DNA from: Terriglobia bacterium
Lineage (GTDB): Bacteria; Acidobacteriota; Polarisedimenticolia; Polarisedimenticolales; JAIQFR01
NCBI GenBank assembly: GCA_963748015.1
Contig: CAVVHE010000004.1
Span: forward strand, 1,920,001-1,984,000
Length of the DNA: 64,000 nt
Direction of reading: 5' to 3'
The position numbers and the translations under genes were made by a program. Each line of letters starts with the position of its first letter. The first letter of the stretch is position 1. Below, one piece after another: positions 28,129 through 40,767 of this stretch. Below the pieces are notes generated by a model. It was not told the origin of the DNA. It worked only from the letters and a program-made list of their open reading frames with translations, and searched no databases.

Positions 28129-31100
28129 TCAGGACGGCCGGCAGGCGTCGCCAACCCCGTCCGAGTCCGAATCCGCTTGATCGGGGTTGGGCAAGGCGGG
28201 ACAGTTGTCGCACGCGTCGCCGACACCGTCGCGGTCGGCATCGGCCTGGCCGGGATTCGATACCGTCGGGCAGACGTCGTCGAGGTCTCTCGTGCCGTCG
28301 CCGTCGCCGTCGGCATCGGGCGTCCCCGGGCAAACGGTCCCGATGACCCTGGGGCCGGACGAGCCCGCTCCGATCTGCCCGTCGCCGCAGGTGTTGAGCG
28401 CCGCGACGAGGTAGTAGAAGAGCTGGCCGGGAAGCGGGTTTTCCGAGTCGAGCGCCTGGCGGCTCAAGAGGTCCGGCGCGAAGCAGGCGTGCGCGTAGCC
28501 GAAGGGAGAGCCGGCCGGGACCGCGCCGCGATAAACGTCGTAGACACGCCCCTGGTACGCCGCGTCCCAGAGCAAGGTCGCGCGGTCCAGGCCGAAGCGA
28601 ACTTGCGGGACCTCTCCGGGGGCGGCGCTCGCCGCGGCAAGGTCCGGGGCGCAATCCGACTCGTTCGGTACACCGTCGCCGTCCCGGTCGGGATCGCAGG
28701 CGTCCCCCAGCCCGTCGCCGTCGAGATCCTGCTGGCCGGAATTGGCAATCGCCGGACAGTTGTCCACGTTCCCGCAAATCCCGTCCCCGTCGGCATCGTT
28801 CGCGAGGTCGAGCGGGCACGGGTCGCAGGCGTCGCCGGCGCCGTCCCCGTCGGCGTCCGCCTGACCGGCGTTCGCGAGGCCCGGGCAGTTGTCGCAGGCA
28901 TCTCCCGCCCCGTCGGCGTCGCCATCCTCCTGACCGGGATTGGCCACGCTCGGGCAGTTGTCCGCGCCGCCGCAGAGGCCGTCGCCGTCGGGATCGTTCG
29001 CCACGTCCAGCGGGCAGGGATCGCAGGCGTCGCCGAGGCCGTCGCCGTCCGCGTCCTCCTGACCGGCGTTCGCCAGGACGGGACAGTTGTCGCAAACGTC
29101 GCCGCGGCCGTCCGCGTCCGCGTCGAGCTGATCGGCGTTCGCGACAGCCGGGCAGTTGTCGCAAGCGTCGCCGTGGCCGTCGGCGTCGGCATCTTCCTGG
29201 CCGCTGTTCGCGACGCCGGGACAATTGTCGCAAACGTCGCCGCGGCCGTCGCCGTCCGTGTCGAGCTGATCCGCGTTCGCGACCGCCGGGCAGTCGTCCG
29301 TCGCGCAGGCGTTCCCCGGGAACCCCGGATTCCCGAACCCGTCCCCGTCCGTGTCCGTGCACGTGTCGCACGCGTCGCCCGCCCCGTCGCCGTCGGCATC
29401 CAGTTGATCGAGGTTGGCGACGCTCGAGCAGTTGTCGCAAACGTCGCCGCGGCCGTCGCTATCCTCGTCGAGCTGGTCCGAATTCGCTACGGCGACGCAG
29501 TTGTCGCAAGCATCGCCGCGGCCATCGAGGTCGCCGTCGGCCTGCCCCGCGTTCGAGACGGCCGGGCAGTTGTCGCAAGCGTCACCGCGCCCGTCGCCGT
29601 CCGTGTCGAGCTGGTCCGCGTTGGCGGCGCTCGCGCAGTTGTCGCACGCATCCCCGCGGCCGTCCGCATCCGCGTCGAGCTGATCGGCGTTCGCGACCGC
29701 AGGGCAGTTGTCGCAAGCGTCACCGTGGCCGTCGGCGTCCGTGTCGGCCTGCTCCGCGTTCGCCGCCACCGGGCAGTTGTCCGCGGCGCACGTGTTGCCC
29801 GGGAAGCCGGGATTGCCGAAACCGTCCCCGTCCGTGTCCGTGCACGTGTCGCAGGCGTCGCCTGCACCGTCGACGTCCGCGTCTTCCTGGCCGGCGTTCG
29901 CGACGGTCGGGCAATCGTCCACGCCGCAGGTATTCGCCGCGAAACCCGGATTCCCGTAACCGTCGCCGTCCGTGTCCGTGCACGTGTCGCACGCGTCGCC
30001 CGTGCCGTCGCCGTCGGCATCCAGTTGATCGAGGTTGGCGGCAGCCGGACAGTTGTCGCAGACGTCGCCTACACCGTCCGCGTCCCCGTCCGCCTGGTCC
30101 GCGTTCGCCACGCCCGGGCAGTTGTCGGCGGGACACGTATTCGCCGCGTAGCCCGGATTCCCGTAACCGTCGCCGTCGGTGTCCGTGCACGCGTCGCACG
30201 CGTCGCCCGCACCGTCGACGTCCGCGTCGAGCTGATCCGTGTTGGCCACCGCCGGGCAGTTGTCGCAGACGTCCCCTCTCCCGTCCCCGTCCGCATCCTC
30301 CTGCCCCGCATTCCCCACGCCCGGACAGTTGTCGCACACGTCCCCGCGGCCATCGCCGTCCGCGTCGTCCTGGCCCGGGTTCGCGACCGCCGCGCAGTTG
30401 TCGCAGACGTCGCCGAGACCGTCCCCGTCCGCGTCCGCCTGGTCCGGGTTCGCCACCGCCGCGCAATTGTCCAGCGGGCACGTGCTCCCGCTGAATCCCG
30501 GATCCGCGAAGCCGTCCCCGTCCCCGTCCGTGCACGTGTCGCAGGCGTCGCCCGCGCCGTCCCCGTCGACATCCTCCTGGCCGGCATTCGCGACGCCCGG
30601 GCAGTTGTCGCACGCGTCGCCGCGACCGTCGCTATCCTCGTCGAGCTGGTCCGCGTTCGCGACCGCCGGGCAGTTGTCGCACGCGTCGCCGTGGCCATCG
30701 GCGTCGCCGTCGAGCTGATCCGAGTTCGCGACCGCGGGGCAGTTGTCGCAGGCGTCGCCGTGGCCGTCGGTGTCACCGTCGAGCTGGCTCGCATTCGACA
30801 CCGCCGGGCAGTTGTCGCACGCGTCACCGCGGCCATCGGTGTCACCGTCGAGCTGATCCGAGTTCGCGATCGCCGGGCAGTCGTCGCAGAGGTCGCCGTA
30901 TCCGTCGGCGTCGACGTCGGCCTGATCCGGATTCGCCACCCCAGGACAGTTGTCCGCGGCGCAGGTGTTTGCCGCAAACCCCGGATTCCCGAACCCGTCC
31001 CCGTCCGTGTCCGTGCACGTGTCGCACGCGTCGCCCGCCCCGTCGCCGTCGGCATCCAGTTGATCGAGGTTGGCGACGCTCGAGCAGTTGTCGCAAACGT

Positions 31101-34100
31101 CGCCGCGCCCGTCGCTATCCTCGTCGAGCTGGTCCGAATTCGCTACGGCGACGCAGTTGTCGCAAGCATCGCCGCGGCCATCGAGGTCGCCGTCGGCCTG
31201 CCCCGCGTTCGAGACGGCCGGGCAGTTGTCGCAAGCGTCACCGCGCCCGTCGCCGTCCGTGTCGAGCTGGTCCGCGTTGGCGGCGCTCGCGCAGTTGTCG
31301 CACGCATCCCCGCGGCCGTCCGCATCCGCGTCGAGCTGATCGGCGTTCGCGACCGCAGGGCAGTTGTCGCAAGCGTCACCGTGGCCGTCGGCGTCCGTGT
31401 CGGCCTGCTCCGCGTTCGCCGCCACCGGGCAGTTGTCCGCGGCGCACGTGTTGCCCGGGAAGCCGGGATTGCCGAAACCGTCCCCGTCCGTGTCCGTGCA
31501 CGTGTCGCAGGCGTCGCCTGCACCGTCGACGTCCGCGTCTTCCTGGCCGGCGTTCGCGACGGTCGGGCAATCGTCCACGCCGCAGGTATTCGCCGCGAAA
31601 CCCGGATTCCCGTAACCGTCGCCGTCCGTGTCCGTGCACGTGTCGCACGCGTCGCCCGTGCCGTCGCCGTCGGCATCCAGTTGATCGAGGTTGGCGGCAG
31701 CCGGACAGTTGTCGCAGACGTCGCCTACACCGTCCGCGTCCCCGTCCGCCTGGTCCGCGTTCGCCACGCCCGGGCAGTTGTCGGCGGGACACGTATTCGC
31801 CGCGTAGCCCGGATTCCCGTAACCGTCGCCGTCGGTGTCCGTGCACGCGTCGCACGCGTCGCCCGCACCGTCGACGTCCGCGTCGAGCTGATCCGTGTTG
31901 GCCACCGCCGGGCAGTTGTCGCAGACGTCCCCTCTCCCGTCCCCGTCCGCATCCTCCTGCCCCGCATTCCCCACGCCCGGACAGTTGTCGCACACGTCCC
32001 CGCGGCCATCGCCGTCCGCGTCGTCCTGGCCCGGGTTCGCGACCGCCGCGCAGTTGTCGCAGACGTCGCCGCGGCCGTCCGCATCCGTATCGAGCTGATC
32101 CGGATCCGAGACCGCCGGGCAGTTGTCGCACGCGTCACCGTGACCGTCCCCGTCCGTGTCGACCTGGCTCGGGTTCGCGACCGCCGCGCAGTTGTCGCAG
32201 ACGTCGCCGAGACCGTCCCCGTCCGCGTCCGCCTGGTCCGGGTTCGCCACCGCCGCGCAATTGTCCAGCGGGCACGTGCTCCCGCTGAATCCCGGATCCG
32301 CGAAGCCGTCCCCGTCCCCGTCCGTGCACGTGTCGCAGGCGTCGCCCGCGCCGTCCCCGTCGACATCCTCCTGGCCGGCATTCGCGACGCCCGGGCAGTT
32401 GTCGCACGCGTCGCCGCGACCGTCGCTATCCTCGTCGAGCTGGTCCGCGTTCGCGACCGCCGGGCAGTTGTCGCACGCGTCGCCGTGGCCATCGGCGTCG
32501 CCGTCGAGCTGATCCGAGTTCGCGACCGCGGGGCAGTTGTCGCAGGCGTCGCCGTGGCCGTCGGTGTCACCGTCGAGCTGGCTCGCATTCGACACCGCCG
32601 GGCAGTTGTCGCACGCGTCACCGCGGCCATCGGTGTCACCGTCGAGCTGATCCGAGTTCGCGATCGCCGGGCAGTCGTCGCAGAGGTCGCCGTATCCGTC
32701 GGCGTCGACGTCGGCCTGATCCGGATTCGCCACCCCAGGACAGTTGTCCGCGGCGCAGGTGTTTGCCGCAAACCCCGGATTCCCGAACCCGTCCCCGTCC
32801 GTGTCCGTGCACGCGTCGCACGCGTCGCCCGCCCCGTCGCCGTCGGCATCGGTCTGATCCGAGGTTCGCGACGCCGAGCAGTTGTCGCAAACGTCGCCGC
32901 GGCCGTCGCTATCCTCGTCGAGCTGGTCCGAATTCGCTACGGCGACGCAGTTGTCGCAAGCATCGCCGCGGCCATCGAGGTCGCCGTCGGCCTGCCCCGC
33001 GTTCGAGACGGCCGGGCAGTTGTCGCAAGCGTCACCGCGCCCGTCGCCGTCCGTGTCGAGCTGGTCCGCGTTGGCGGCGCTCGCGCAGTTGTCGCACGCA
33101 TCCCCGCGGCCGTCCGCATCCGCGTCGAGCTGATCGGCGTTCGCGACCGCAGGGCAGTTGTCGCAAGCGTCACCGTGGCCGTCGGCGTCCGTGTCGGCCT
33201 GCTCCGCGTTCGCCGCCACCGGGCAGTTGTCCGCGGCGCACGTGTTGCCCGGGAAGCCGGGATTGCCGAAACCGTCCCCGTCCGTGTCCGTGCACGTGTC
33301 GCAGGCGTCGCCTGCACCGTCGACGTCCGCGTCTTCCTGGCCGGCGTTCGCGACGGTCGGGCAATCGTCCACGCCGCAGGTATTCGCCGCGAAACCCGGA
33401 TTCCCGTAACCGTCGCCGTCCGTGTCCGTGCACGTGTCGCACGCGTCGCCCGTGCCGTCGCCGTCGGCATCCAGTTGATCGAGGTTGGCGGCAGCCGGAC
33501 AGTTGTCGCAGACGTCGCCTACACCGTCCGCGTCCCCGTCCGCCTGGTCCGCGTTCGCCACGCCCGGGCAGTTGTCGGCGGGACACGTATTCGCCGCGTA
33601 GCCCGGATTCCCGTAACCGTCGCCGTCGGTGTCCGTGCACGCGTCGCACGCGTCGCCCGCACCGTCGACGTCCGCGTCGAGCTGATCCGTGTTGGCCACC
33701 GCCGGGCAGTTGTCGCAGACTTCCCCTCTCCCGTCCCCGTCCGCATCCTCCTGCCCCGCATTCCCCACGCCCGGACAGTTGTCGCACACGTCCCCGCGGC
33801 CATCGCCGTCCGCGTCGTCCTGGCCCGGGTTCGCGACCGCCGCGCAGTTGTCGCAGACGTCGCCGCGGCCGTCCGCATCCGTATCGAGCTGATCCGGATC
33901 CGAGACCGCCGGGCAGTTGTCGCACGCGTCACCGTGACCGTCCCCGTCCGTGTCGACCTGGCTCGGGTTCGCGACCGCCGCGCAGTTGTCGCAGACGTCG
34001 CCGAGACCGTCCCCGTCCGCGTCCGCCTGGTCCGGGTTCGCCACCGCCGCGCAATTGTCCAGCGGGCACGTGCTCCCGCTGAATCCCGGATCCGCGAAGC

Positions 34101-37100
34101 CGTCCCCGTCCCCGTCCGTGCACGTGTCGCAGGCGTCGCCCGCGCCGTCCCCGTCGACATCCTCCTGGCCGGCATTCGCGACGCCCGGGCAGTTGTCGCA
34201 CGCGTCGCCGCGACCGTCGCTATCCTCGTCGAGCTGGTCCGCGTTCGCGACCGCCGGGCAGTTGTCGCACGCGTCGCCGTGGCCATCGGCGTCGCCGTCG
34301 AGCTGATCCGAGTTCGCGACCGCGGGGCAGTTGTCGCAGGCGTCGCCGTGGCCGTCGGTGTCACCGTCGAGCTGGCTCGCATTCGACACCGCCGGGCAGT
34401 TGTCGCACGCGTCACCGCGGCCATCGGTGTCACCGTCGAGCTGATCCGAGTTCGCGATCGCCGGGCAGTCGTCGCAGAGGTCGCCGTATCCGTCGGCGTC
34501 GACGTCGGCCTGATCCGGATTCGCCACCCCAGGACAGTTGTCCGCGGCGCAGGTGTTTGCCGCAAACCCCGGATTCCCGAACCCGTCCCCGTCCGTGTCC
34601 GTGCACGCGTCGCACGCGTCGCCCGCCCCGTCGCCGTCGGCATCGGTCTGATCCGCGTTCGCGACCACCGGGCAGTTGTCGCAAACGTCGCCGCGGCCGT
34701 CGCTATCCTCGTCGAGCTGGTCCGAATTCGCTACGGCGACGCAGTTGTCGCAAGCATCGCCGCGGCCATCGAGGTCGCCGTCGGCCTGCCCCGCGTTCGA
34801 GACGGCCGGGCAGTTGTCGCAAGCGTCACCGCGCCCGTCGCCGTCCGTGTCGAGCTGGTCCGCGTTGGCGGCGCTCGCGCAGTTGTCGCACGCATCCCCG
34901 CGGCCGTCCGCATCCGCGTCGAGCTGATCGGCGTTCGCGACCGCAGGGCAGTTGTCGCAAGCGTCACCGTGGCCGTCGGCGTCCGTGTCGGCCTGCTCCG
35001 CGTTCGCCGCCACCGGGCAGTTGTCCGCGGCGCACGTGTTGCCCGGGAAGCCGGGATTGCCGAAACCGTCCCCGTCCGTGTCCGTGCACGTGTCGCAGGC
35101 GTCGCCTGCACCGTCGACGTCCGCGTCTTCCTGGCCGGCGTTCGCGACGGTCGGGCAATCGTCCACGCCGCAGGTATTCGCCGCGAAACCCGGATTCCCG
35201 TAACCGTCGCCGTCCGTGTCCGTGCACGTGTCGCACGCGTCGCCCGTGCCGTCGCCGTCGGCATCCAGTTGATCGAGGTTGGCGGCAGCCGGACAGTTGT
35301 CGCAGACGTCGCCTACACCGTCCGCGTCCCCGTCCGCCTGGTCCGCGTTCGCCACGCCCGGGCAGTTGTCGGCGGGACACGTATTCGCCGCGTAGCCCGG
35401 ATTCCCGTAACCGTCGCCGTCGGTGTCCGTGCACGCGTCGCACGCGTCGCCCGCACCGTCGACGTCCGCGTCGAGCTGATCCGTGTTGGCCACCGCCGGG
35501 CAGTTGTCGCAGACTTCCCCTCTCCCGTCCCCGTCCGCATCCTCCTGCCCCGCATTCCCCACGCCCGGACAGTTGTCGCACACGTCCCCGCGGCCATCGC
35601 CGTCCGCGTCGTCCTGGCCCGGGTTCGCGACCGCCGCGCAGTTGTCGCAGACGTCGCCGCGGCCGTCCGCATCCGTATCGAGCTGATCCGGATCCGAGAC
35701 CGCCGGGCAGTTGTCGCACGCGTCACCGTGACCGTCCCCGTCCGTGTCGACCTGGCTCGGGTTCGCGACCGCCGCGCAGTTGTCGCAGACGTCGCCGAGA
35801 CCGTCCCCGTCCGCGTCCGCCTGGTCCGGGTTCGCCACCGCCGCGCAATTGTCCAGCGGGCACGTGCTCCCGCTGAATCCCGGATCCGCGAAGCCGTCCC
35901 CGTCCCCGTCCGTGCACGTGTCGCAGGCGTCGCCCGCGCCGTCCCCGTCGACATCCTCCTGGCCGGCATTCGCGACGCCCGGGCAGTTGTCGCACGCGTC
36001 GCCGCGACCGTCGCTATCCTCGTCGAGCTGGTCCGCGTTCGCGACCGCCGGGCAGTTGTCGCACGCGTCGCCGTGGCCATCGGCGTCGCCGTCGAGCTGA
36101 TCCGAGTTCGCGACCGCGGGGCAGTTGTCGCAGGCGTCGCCGTGGCCGTCGGTGTCACCGTCGAGCTGGCTCGCATTCGACACCGCCGGGCAGTTGTCGC
36201 ACGCGTCACCGCGGCCATCGGTGTCACCGTCGAGCTGATCCGAGTTCGCGATCGCCGGGCAGTCGTCGCAGAGGTCGCCGTATCCGTCGGCGTCGACGTC
36301 GGCCTGATCCGGATTCGCCACCCCAGGACAGTTGTCCGCGGCGCAGGTGTTTGCCGCAAACCCCGGATTCCCGAACCCGTCCCCGTCCGTGTCCGTGCAC
36401 GCGTCGCACGCGTCGCCCGCCCCGTCGCCGTCGGCATCCAGTTGATCGAGGTTGGCGACGCTCGAGCAGTTGTCGCAAACGTCGCCGCGGCCGTCGCTAT
36501 CCTCGTCGAGCTGGTCCGAATTCGCTACGGCGACGCAGTTGTCGCAAGCATCGCCGCGGCCATCGAGGTCGCCGTCGGCCTGCCCCGCGTTCGAGACGGC
36601 CGGGCAGTTGTCGCAAGCGTCACCGCGCCCGTCGCCGTCCGTGTCGAGCTGGTCCGCGTTGGCCACCACCGGGCAGTTGTCCGCGGCGCACGTGTTGCCC
36701 GGGAAGCCGGGATTGCCGACGCCGTCGCCGTCCGTGTCCGTGCACGTGTCGCAGGCGTCGCCTGCACCGTCGACGTCCGCGTCTTCCTGGCCGGCGTTCG
36801 TGAGCCCCGGGCAGTTGTCCACCGGACACGTGCTGTCCGGGAAACCGGGATCGCCGAAGCCGTCGCCGTCGGTGTCCGTGCACGTATCGCACGCGTCGCC
36901 CGTGCCGTCGCCGTCGGCATCCAGTTGATCGAGGTTGGCGGCAGCCGGACAGTTGTCGCAGACGTCGCCTACACCGTCCGCGTCCCCGTCCACCTGGTCC
37001 GCGTTCGCCACGCCCGGGCAGTTGTCGGCGGGACACGTATTCGCCGCGTAGCCCGGATTCCCGTAACCGTCGCCGTCGGTGTCCGTGCACGCGTCGCACG

Positions 37101-39996
37101 CGTCGCCCGCACCGTCGACGTCCGCATCGAGCTGATCCGTGTTGGCCACCGCCGGGCAGTTGTCGCAGACGTCCCCTCTCCCGTCCCCGTCCGCATCCTC
37201 CTGCCCCGCATTCCCCACGCCCGGACAGTTGTCGCACACGTCCCCGCGGCCATCGCCGTCCGCGTCGTCCTGGCCCGGGTTCGCGACCGCCGCGCAGTTG
37301 TCGCAGACGTCGCCGCGGCCGTCCGCATCCGTATCGAGCTGATCCGGATCCGAGACCGCCGGGCAGTTGTCGCACGCGTCACCGTGACCGTCCCCGTCCG
37401 TGTCGACCTGGCTCGGGTTCGCGACCGCCGCGCAGTTGTCGCAGACGTCGCCGTGGCCGTCGCCATCGCTGTCAGACTGGCTGGGGTTCGCCACCGCCGG
37501 ACAGGTGTCGACGGGACAGGTGTTCGCGGGGAATCCCGGGTTCCCGAATCCGTCGCCGTCCGTGTCGGTGCAGGTATCGCAGGCGTCGCCGGTCCCGTCT
37601 TGGTCGGCATCCTCCTGCCCCGCGTTGCCCACGCCGGGACAGTTGTCGCAGGCATCCCCTCGCCCGTCGCCGTCCGCGTCGAGCTGGCTCGTATTCGACA
37701 CCGCCGGGCAGTTGTCGCAGGCATCGCCGCGGCCGTCTCCGTCCGCATCCGCCTGGCTCGGATTCGAAACCGACGAGCAGTTGTCGCAGAGGTCGCCGCG
37801 CCCATCGACGTCCGTGTCGAGCTGCGTCGGATTCGAAACCGAAGGGCAGTTGTCGCAGAGATCGCCGCGCCCATCGACGTCCGTGTCGAGCTGCGTCGGA
37901 TTCGGAACCGAAGGGCAGTTGTCGCAGGCGTCGCCGCGGCCGTCACCGTCCGTGTCGAGCTGCGTCGGATTCGCGACGGTCGGGCAGTTGTCGGCGGGAC
38001 AGCTGTTGGCCGGGTAACCCGGGTTGCCGAATCCGTCACCGTCCGTGTCCGTGCAAGCGTCGCACGCGTCGCCCGCCCCGTCGCCGTCGACGTCCGCCTG
38101 CGACGCGTTGGCGATCGTCGGACAGTTGTCCAGGGAACACGTGTTGCCGGGGAAGCCCGGATTCCCGAAGCCGTCACCATCGGTGTCCGTGCACGTATCG
38201 CAAGCATCCCCGCGACCGTCACCGTCCGTATCCGCCTGGCCCGGGTTGGCCACGATCGCGCAGTTGTCGCACGCGTCGCCCCGGCCGTCGCCGTCCGTGT
38301 CCACCTGGGTCGGGTTGGCGGCGTTCGGGCAGTTGTCGCAGGCGTCCCCTTTCCCGTCCGCGTCCGCGTCCGCCTGATTCGAATTGGCGGCGCTCGGGCA
38401 GTTGTCGAAGCCGTCGGGAACGCCGTCGCCGTCGGCGTCGGGCGTCGGTCGGAGTCTCAGGTCGTACGAGCCGTAGGGCGTGTTGTCGGTCTGCTGCCCC
38501 GCGCGAACGTAGAACCTCGCCGTGGAGGTCGCGGTCCACTTGATGTACGAGGACTTGTCGCCCGTCGCGCGGTCGTTGTTGGACGCGAGCGAGTTACCGG
38601 CCGAGTTGTACAGGGTCAGGTTCGTGTCCGCGGCCGAGAGCAAATTGAGCGTCTCGATCTCGTACGCCCAGCCCTGGGTCGCCGGGAAGGAGAACCAGTC
38701 GTACTCGTAGGTGTTCTCGCCCGCGTGGTCGTTGTCCGTGTCCGGGAAGAAGGTGCAGTGCAGGATCCCGCCGTCGGCGACCGTCGAGAAAGACTGCGCC
38801 AGCGAGTCGTTGAACTCGTAGACATCCGGGAAGAACTCGATTCCCGCGCCGTCGGAGAAGATCGACTTCATCTCGGTGAAGTAGCCATTCGCGATCGGCG
38901 GCTCGAACCAGCCGTCCCAGAAGTCCTCCGCGGTGATCTGGAGGCGGGTCGGAAGGAAACCGGTCGCCACCTCCCACATCTGCGAATCCGGGATCTCGGC
39001 CGTGTCCACCGGGGCGTCGTCCACGCCCGGTGTGAAATCCGGGGTGCCGGGTCCGTCCGTGATGTCCCAGAGTGCCGTGGTGACGGTGACCTCGCTGGCG
39101 TCCCCGCGGCAGAGGTAGACGTTCTGGGTCTCGATGTCGTACGACACGACGACGTGCCCGGGTCCGGGCTCGCCGGTGGTCCGCAGATAGACGTTCGGGT
39201 ACGCCATCCCGAAATGGCGGCGCACGCTCGCGCCGAGATAGGTCGCGAACCCCTCGTCCCACGAAAGGCGAGGATCCTGATTGCAGTCGGCGAGGTAGTG
39301 CGTCCCGGTGGGGCTGTCGTTGTCGGAGTAGTTGAGGGTCATGAAGTGGCCGTACTCGTGGAGCACGGGCCCGTCGTCATAACCCGCTGTATCCCGGACG
39401 TCGATCCGGTTGATGGTGGAGGTCGACGACCCGTTCCCTCGATTCGACTCCCAGACCATCGTGAGCGGGTGCGAGGAGTTGGGCCGGGCGCCCTGAACGT
39501 ACGCGACGTAGTCCGAGCCGAATACTCCGAGGTCGTAGAGATGAAACGCCTCTCCCCCGGAGCCGATCGCCGCGATCATCGTGCCGAAGTCGACGTTCAC
39601 GCTGGGCTGGTGCCCCGACACGGTCGAGCTCGCGAGGGCGTACGGCGCGAGAGCGGCGTTGGTGACCTTGAGGAACAGCGTGCTGGTCTTCGTGGAGCGC
39701 GTCAGCGCCCGGACGTAGACGTTGCGGACGGACGAGTCGTTCACCGTGATCGAGAAACTCCCGCTCGCGGTGGTCGCTCCCGAGGCCAGCACCGCGCCGC
39801 TGCCGGCATCCACGACCTCGACGTCCACGAAGCGGGCGGGGAGAAGCGGCTCGACGCCCGTGAAACCGGTCTGGTCGAATTCGCGATCGCGGAAGCTGAA
39901 CTGCCCGGAAGCGACCCAGCTGGCGGCCGCGGCCGGCGCGGCCGCGAGGAGCACGGCGAGGATCAGCGCGCCTAGGCGCGCCAGGCGGCGGCTCAT
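28129..39996 (-). CDS. Giant (~3955 aa) secreted protein: HExxH metallopeptidase-like domain, PPC-like domain, more than 100 thrombospondin type-3 repeats, C-terminal beta domain
   Basis: ATG 39996 with signal peptide; [31 protein letters not shown] (PPC-like); repeated DNCPxVANxDQxDxDGDGxGDAC. Confidence 0.9.
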   Translation of the reverse strand: MSRRLARLGALILAVLLAAAPAAAASWVASGQFSFRDREFDQTGFTGVEPLLPARFVDVEVVDAGSGAVLASGATTASGSFSITVNDSSVRNVYVRALTRSTKTSTLFLKVTNAALAPYALASSTVSGHQPSVNVDFGTMIAAIGSGGEAFHLYDLGVFGSDYVAYVQGARPNSSHPLTMVWESNRGNGSSTSTINRIDVRDTAGYDDGPVLHEYGHFMTLNYSDNDSPTGTHYLADCNQDPRLSWDEGFATYLGASVRRHFGMAYPNVYLRTTGEPGPGHVVVSYDIETQNVYLCRGDASEVTVTTALWDITDGPGTPDFTPGVDDAPVDTAEIPDSQMWEVATGFLPTRLQITAEDFWDGWFEPPIANGYFTEMKSIFSDGAGIEFFPDVYEFNDSLAQSFSTVADGGILHCTFFPDTDNDHAGENTYEYDWFSFPATQGWAYEIETLNLLSAADTNLTLYNSAGNSLASNNDRATGDKSSYIKWTATSTARFYVRAGQQTDNTPYGSYDLRLRPTPDADGDGVPDGFDNCPSAANSNQADADADGKGDACDNCPNAANPTQVDTDGDGRGDACDNCAIVANPGQADTDGDGRGDACDTCTDTDGDGFGNPGFPGNTCSLDNCPTIANASQADVDGDGAGDACDACTDTDGDGFGNPGYPANSCPADNCPTVANPTQLDTDGDGRGDACDNCPSVPNPTQLDTDVDGRGDLCDNCPSVSNPTQLDTDVDGRGDLCDNCSSVSNPSQADADGDGRGDACDNCPAVSNTSQLDADGDGRGDACDNCPGVGNAGQEDADQDGTGDACDTCTDTDGDGFGNPGFPANTCPVDTCPAVANPSQSDSDGDGHGDVCDNCAAVANPSQVDTDGDGHGDACDNCPAVSDPDQLDTDADGRGDVCDNCAAVANPGQDDADGDGRGDVCDNCPGVGNAGQEDADGDGRGDVCDNCPAVANTDQLDADVDGAGDACDACTDTDGDGYGNPGYAANTCPADNCPGVANADQVDGDADGVGDVCDNCPAAANLDQLDADGDGTGDACDTCTDTDGDGFGDPGFPDSTCPVDNCPGLTNAGQEDADVDGAGDACDTCTDTDGDGVGNPGFPGNTCAADNCPVVANADQLDTDGDGRGDACDNCPAVSNAGQADGDLDGRGDACDNCVAVANSDQLDEDSDGRGDVCDNCSSVANLDQLDADGDGAGDACDACTDTDGDGFGNPGFAANTCAADNCPGVANPDQADVDADGYGDLCDDCPAIANSDQLDGDTDGRGDACDNCPAVSNASQLDGDTDGHGDACDNCPAVANSDQLDGDADGHGDACDNCPAVANADQLDEDSDGRGDACDNCPGVANAGQEDVDGDGAGDACDTCTDGDGDGFADPGFSGSTCPLDNCAAVANPDQADADGDGLGDVCDNCAAVANPSQVDTDGDGHGDACDNCPAVSDPDQLDTDADGRGDVCDNCAAVANPGQDDADGDGRGDVCDNCPGVGNAGQEDADGDGRGEVCDNCPAVANTDQLDADVDGAGDACDACTDTDGDGYGNPGYAANTCPADNCPGVANADQADGDADGVGDVCDNCPAAANLDQLDADGDGTGDACDTCTDTDGDGYGNPGFAANTCGVDDCPTVANAGQEDADVDGAGDACDTCTDTDGDGFGNPGFPGNTCAADNCPVAANAEQADTDADGHGDACDNCPAVANADQLDADADGRGDACDNCASAANADQLDTDGDGRGDACDNCPAVSNAGQADGDLDGRGDACDNCVAVANSDQLDEDSDGRGDVCDNCPVVANADQTDADGDGAGDACDACTDTDGDGFGNPGFAANTCAADNCPGVANPDQADVDADGYGDLCDDCPAIANSDQLDGDTDGRGDACDNCPAVSNASQLDGDTDGHGDACDNCPAVANSDQLDGDADGHGDACDNCPAVANADQLDEDSDGRGDACDNCPGVANAGQEDVDGDGAGDACDTCTDGDGDGFADPGFSGSTCPLDNCAAVANPDQADADGDGLGDVCDNCAAVANPSQVDTDGDGHGDACDNCPAVSDPDQLDTDADGRGDVCDNCAAVANPGQDDADGDGRGDVCDNCPGVGNAGQEDADGDGRGEVCDNCPAVANTDQLDADVDGAGDACDACTDTDGDGYGNPGYAANTCPADNCPGVANADQADGDADGVGDVCDNCPAAANLDQLDADGDGTGDACDTCTDTDGDGYGNPGFAANTCGVDDCPTVANAGQEDADVDGAGDACDTCTDTDGDGFGNPGFPGNTCAADNCPVAANAEQADTDADGHGDACDNCPAVANADQLDADADGRGDACDNCASAANADQLDTDGDGRGDACDNCPAVSNAGQADGDLDGRGDACDNCVAVANSDQLDEDSDGRGDVCDNCSASRTSDQTDADGDGAGDACDACTDTDGDGFGNPGFAANTCAADNCPGVANPDQADVDADGYGDLCDDCPAIANSDQLDGDTDGRGDACDNCPAVSNASQLDGDTDGHGDACDNCPAVANSDQLDGDADGHGDACDNCPAVANADQLDEDSDGRGDACDNCPGVANAGQEDVDGDGAGDACDTCTDGDGDGFADPGFSGSTCPLDNCAAVANPDQADADGDGLGDVCDNCAAVANPSQVDTDGDGHGDACDNCPAVSDPDQLDTDADGRGDVCDNCAAVANPGQDDADGDGRGDVCDNCPGVGNAGQEDADGDGRGDVCDNCPAVANTDQLDADVDGAGDACDACTDTDGDGYGNPGYAANTCPADNCPGVANADQADGDADGVGDVCDNCPAAANLDQLDADGDGTGDACDTCTDTDGDGYGNPGFAANTCGVDDCPTVANAGQEDADVDGAGDACDTCTDTDGDGFGNPGFPGNTCAADNCPVAANAEQADTDADGHGDACDNCPAVANADQLDADADGRGDACDNCASAANADQLDTDGDGRGDACDNCPAVSNAGQADGDLDGRGDACDNCVAVANSDQLDEDSDGRGDVCDNCSSVANLDQLDADGDGAGDACDTCTDTDGDGFGNPGFAANTCAADNCPGVANPDQADVDADGYGDLCDDCPAIANSDQLDGDTDGRGDACDNCPAVSNASQLDGDTDGHGDACDNCPAVANSDQLDGDADGHGDACDNCPAVANADQLDEDSDGRGDACDNCPGVANAGQEDVDGDGAGDACDTCTDGDGDGFADPGFSGSTCPLDNCAAVANPDQADADGDGLGDVCDNCAAVANPGQDDADGDGRGDVCDNCPGVGNAGQEDADGDGRGDVCDNCPAVANTDQLDADVDGAGDACDACTDTDGDGYGNPGYAANTCPADNCPGVANADQADGDADGVGDVCDNCPAAANLDQLDADGDGTGDACDTCTDTDGDGYGNPGFAANTCGVDDCPTVANAGQEDADVDGAGDACDTCTDTDGDGFGNPGFPGNTCAADNCPVAANAEQADTDADGHGDACDNCPAVANADQLDADADGRGDACDNCASAANADQLDTDGDGRGDACDNCPAVSNAGQADGDLDGRGDACDNCVAVANSDQLDEDSDGRGDVCDNCSSVANLDQLDADGDGAGDACDTCTDTDGDGFGNPGFPGNACATDDCPAVANADQLDTDGDGRGDVCDNCPGVANSGQEDADADGHGDACDNCPAVANADQLDADADGRGDVCDNCPVLANAGQEDADGDGLGDACDPCPLDVANDPDGDGLCGGADNCPSVANPGQEDGDADGAGDACDNCPGLANAGQADADGDGAGDACDPCPLDLANDADGDGICGNVDNCPAIANSGQQDLDGDGLGDACDPDRDGDGVPNESDCAPDLAAASAAPGEVPQVRFGLDRATLLWDAAYQGRVYDVYRGAVPAGSPFGYAHACFAPDLLSRQALDSENPLPGQLFYYLVAALNTCGDGQIGAGSSGPRVIGTVCPGTPDADGDGDGTRDLDDVCPTVSNPGQADADRDGVGDACDNCPALPNPDQADSDSDGVGDACRPS
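29330..37450. repeat. Higher-order tandem repeat, 1794-bp period, about 4.5 near-identical copies (boundaries approximate)
   Basis: Near-identical shadow ORFs start at 30969, 32763, 34557, 36351; the terminal copies are 138 bp (2 x 69 bp) shorter. Confidence 0.92.
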
Positions 39997-40517
39997 GGGC
40001 CCTTCGCTGGCGGCGGCGCCGCGGGGAACTCGAGGGCGCCGTTGCGGAGCGTCGGCTCGACGCCGACCACGCCGATCGGGATGCCGGCGCCTTCCCGGAC
40101 GGCCTTCCCCGACGGTGTGGCGGCCTCGACGGTCAACGACCCGATCCCGCCCGCGCCGGGCGGGAGCTCCACCACGAACTCGACGACGGCGGCGGCTCCC
40201 CGTTCCAGGTCGCCGAGCAGGAACGGCTCGCCGGGCTGCGGCAGCCCCGGAGCGGCCCCGGCACCCGCGAGGACGACGCGGTCGGCGAGGATCGAGATTC
40301 CGGACGGGACCTTCGCAAGGAGGGAAAGCCCGGTGAGCGGCTCGATCGTGCTGACGGTGACCCTCAGGCGGGTCAGCCCCGCGGGATCGAGCTTGGGGTC
40401 GAGCCACTCGTACCGGATCGCGACCGACCCGTCCGGCTCGCCGGCGTGTGCGGCCCCGGCCAGGCAAGACACGGCCAGGATGGCAATCGCAACGGCCCTG
40501 CTAACCGACCCCCCCAC
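39993..40517 (-). CDS. Secreted hypothetical protein, translationally coupled to the giant gene
   Basis: GTG 40517 with GGAGGAGG RBS; signal peptide; ATGA overlap with 39996. Confidence 0.75.
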   Translation of the reverse strand: MGGSVSRAVAIAILAVSCLAGAAHAGEPDGSVAIRYEWLDPKLDPAGLTRLRVTVSTIEPLTGLSLLAKVPSGISILADRVVLAGAGAAPGLPQPGEPFLLGDLERGAAAVVEFVVELPPGAGGIGSLTVEAATPSGKAVREGAGIPIGVVGVEPTLRNGALEFPAAPPPAKGP

Positions 40518-40767
40518 GCCCCCCTCCTCCCACGACACCGCCCCGGAATGCCCGCGGAAAAACACGCCCCCGCGCCCCATCAGGGGCGTCGTCGCCGCGC
40601 TACCTGTAAGTAACGGCGAAGAAAGAGCGATGTCAACAATTTTCCGACCGAGAAACCCCGCGACCGCCGCCGTTGCGAACGAATGCGCGAAATCCTGGAT
40701 CCGACCATGGGAGCGGGGTGATGGGCCGTGGCGTCAGACCGCTATGTGCCCATACGATGCGTAGATT

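Noticed and set aside
29330..37450. Possible CRISPR array or non-coding satellite (recurring gcagttgtcgca)
   Set aside because: The recurrence is the in-frame CDNC codon motif; intervening sequences are repeated and coding, not unique spacers
28177..39975. 3932-aa plus-strand ORF
   Set aside because: Antisense shadow of the TSP3 gene; V/A/R-rich with no motifs, expected from GC-rich repetitive codons
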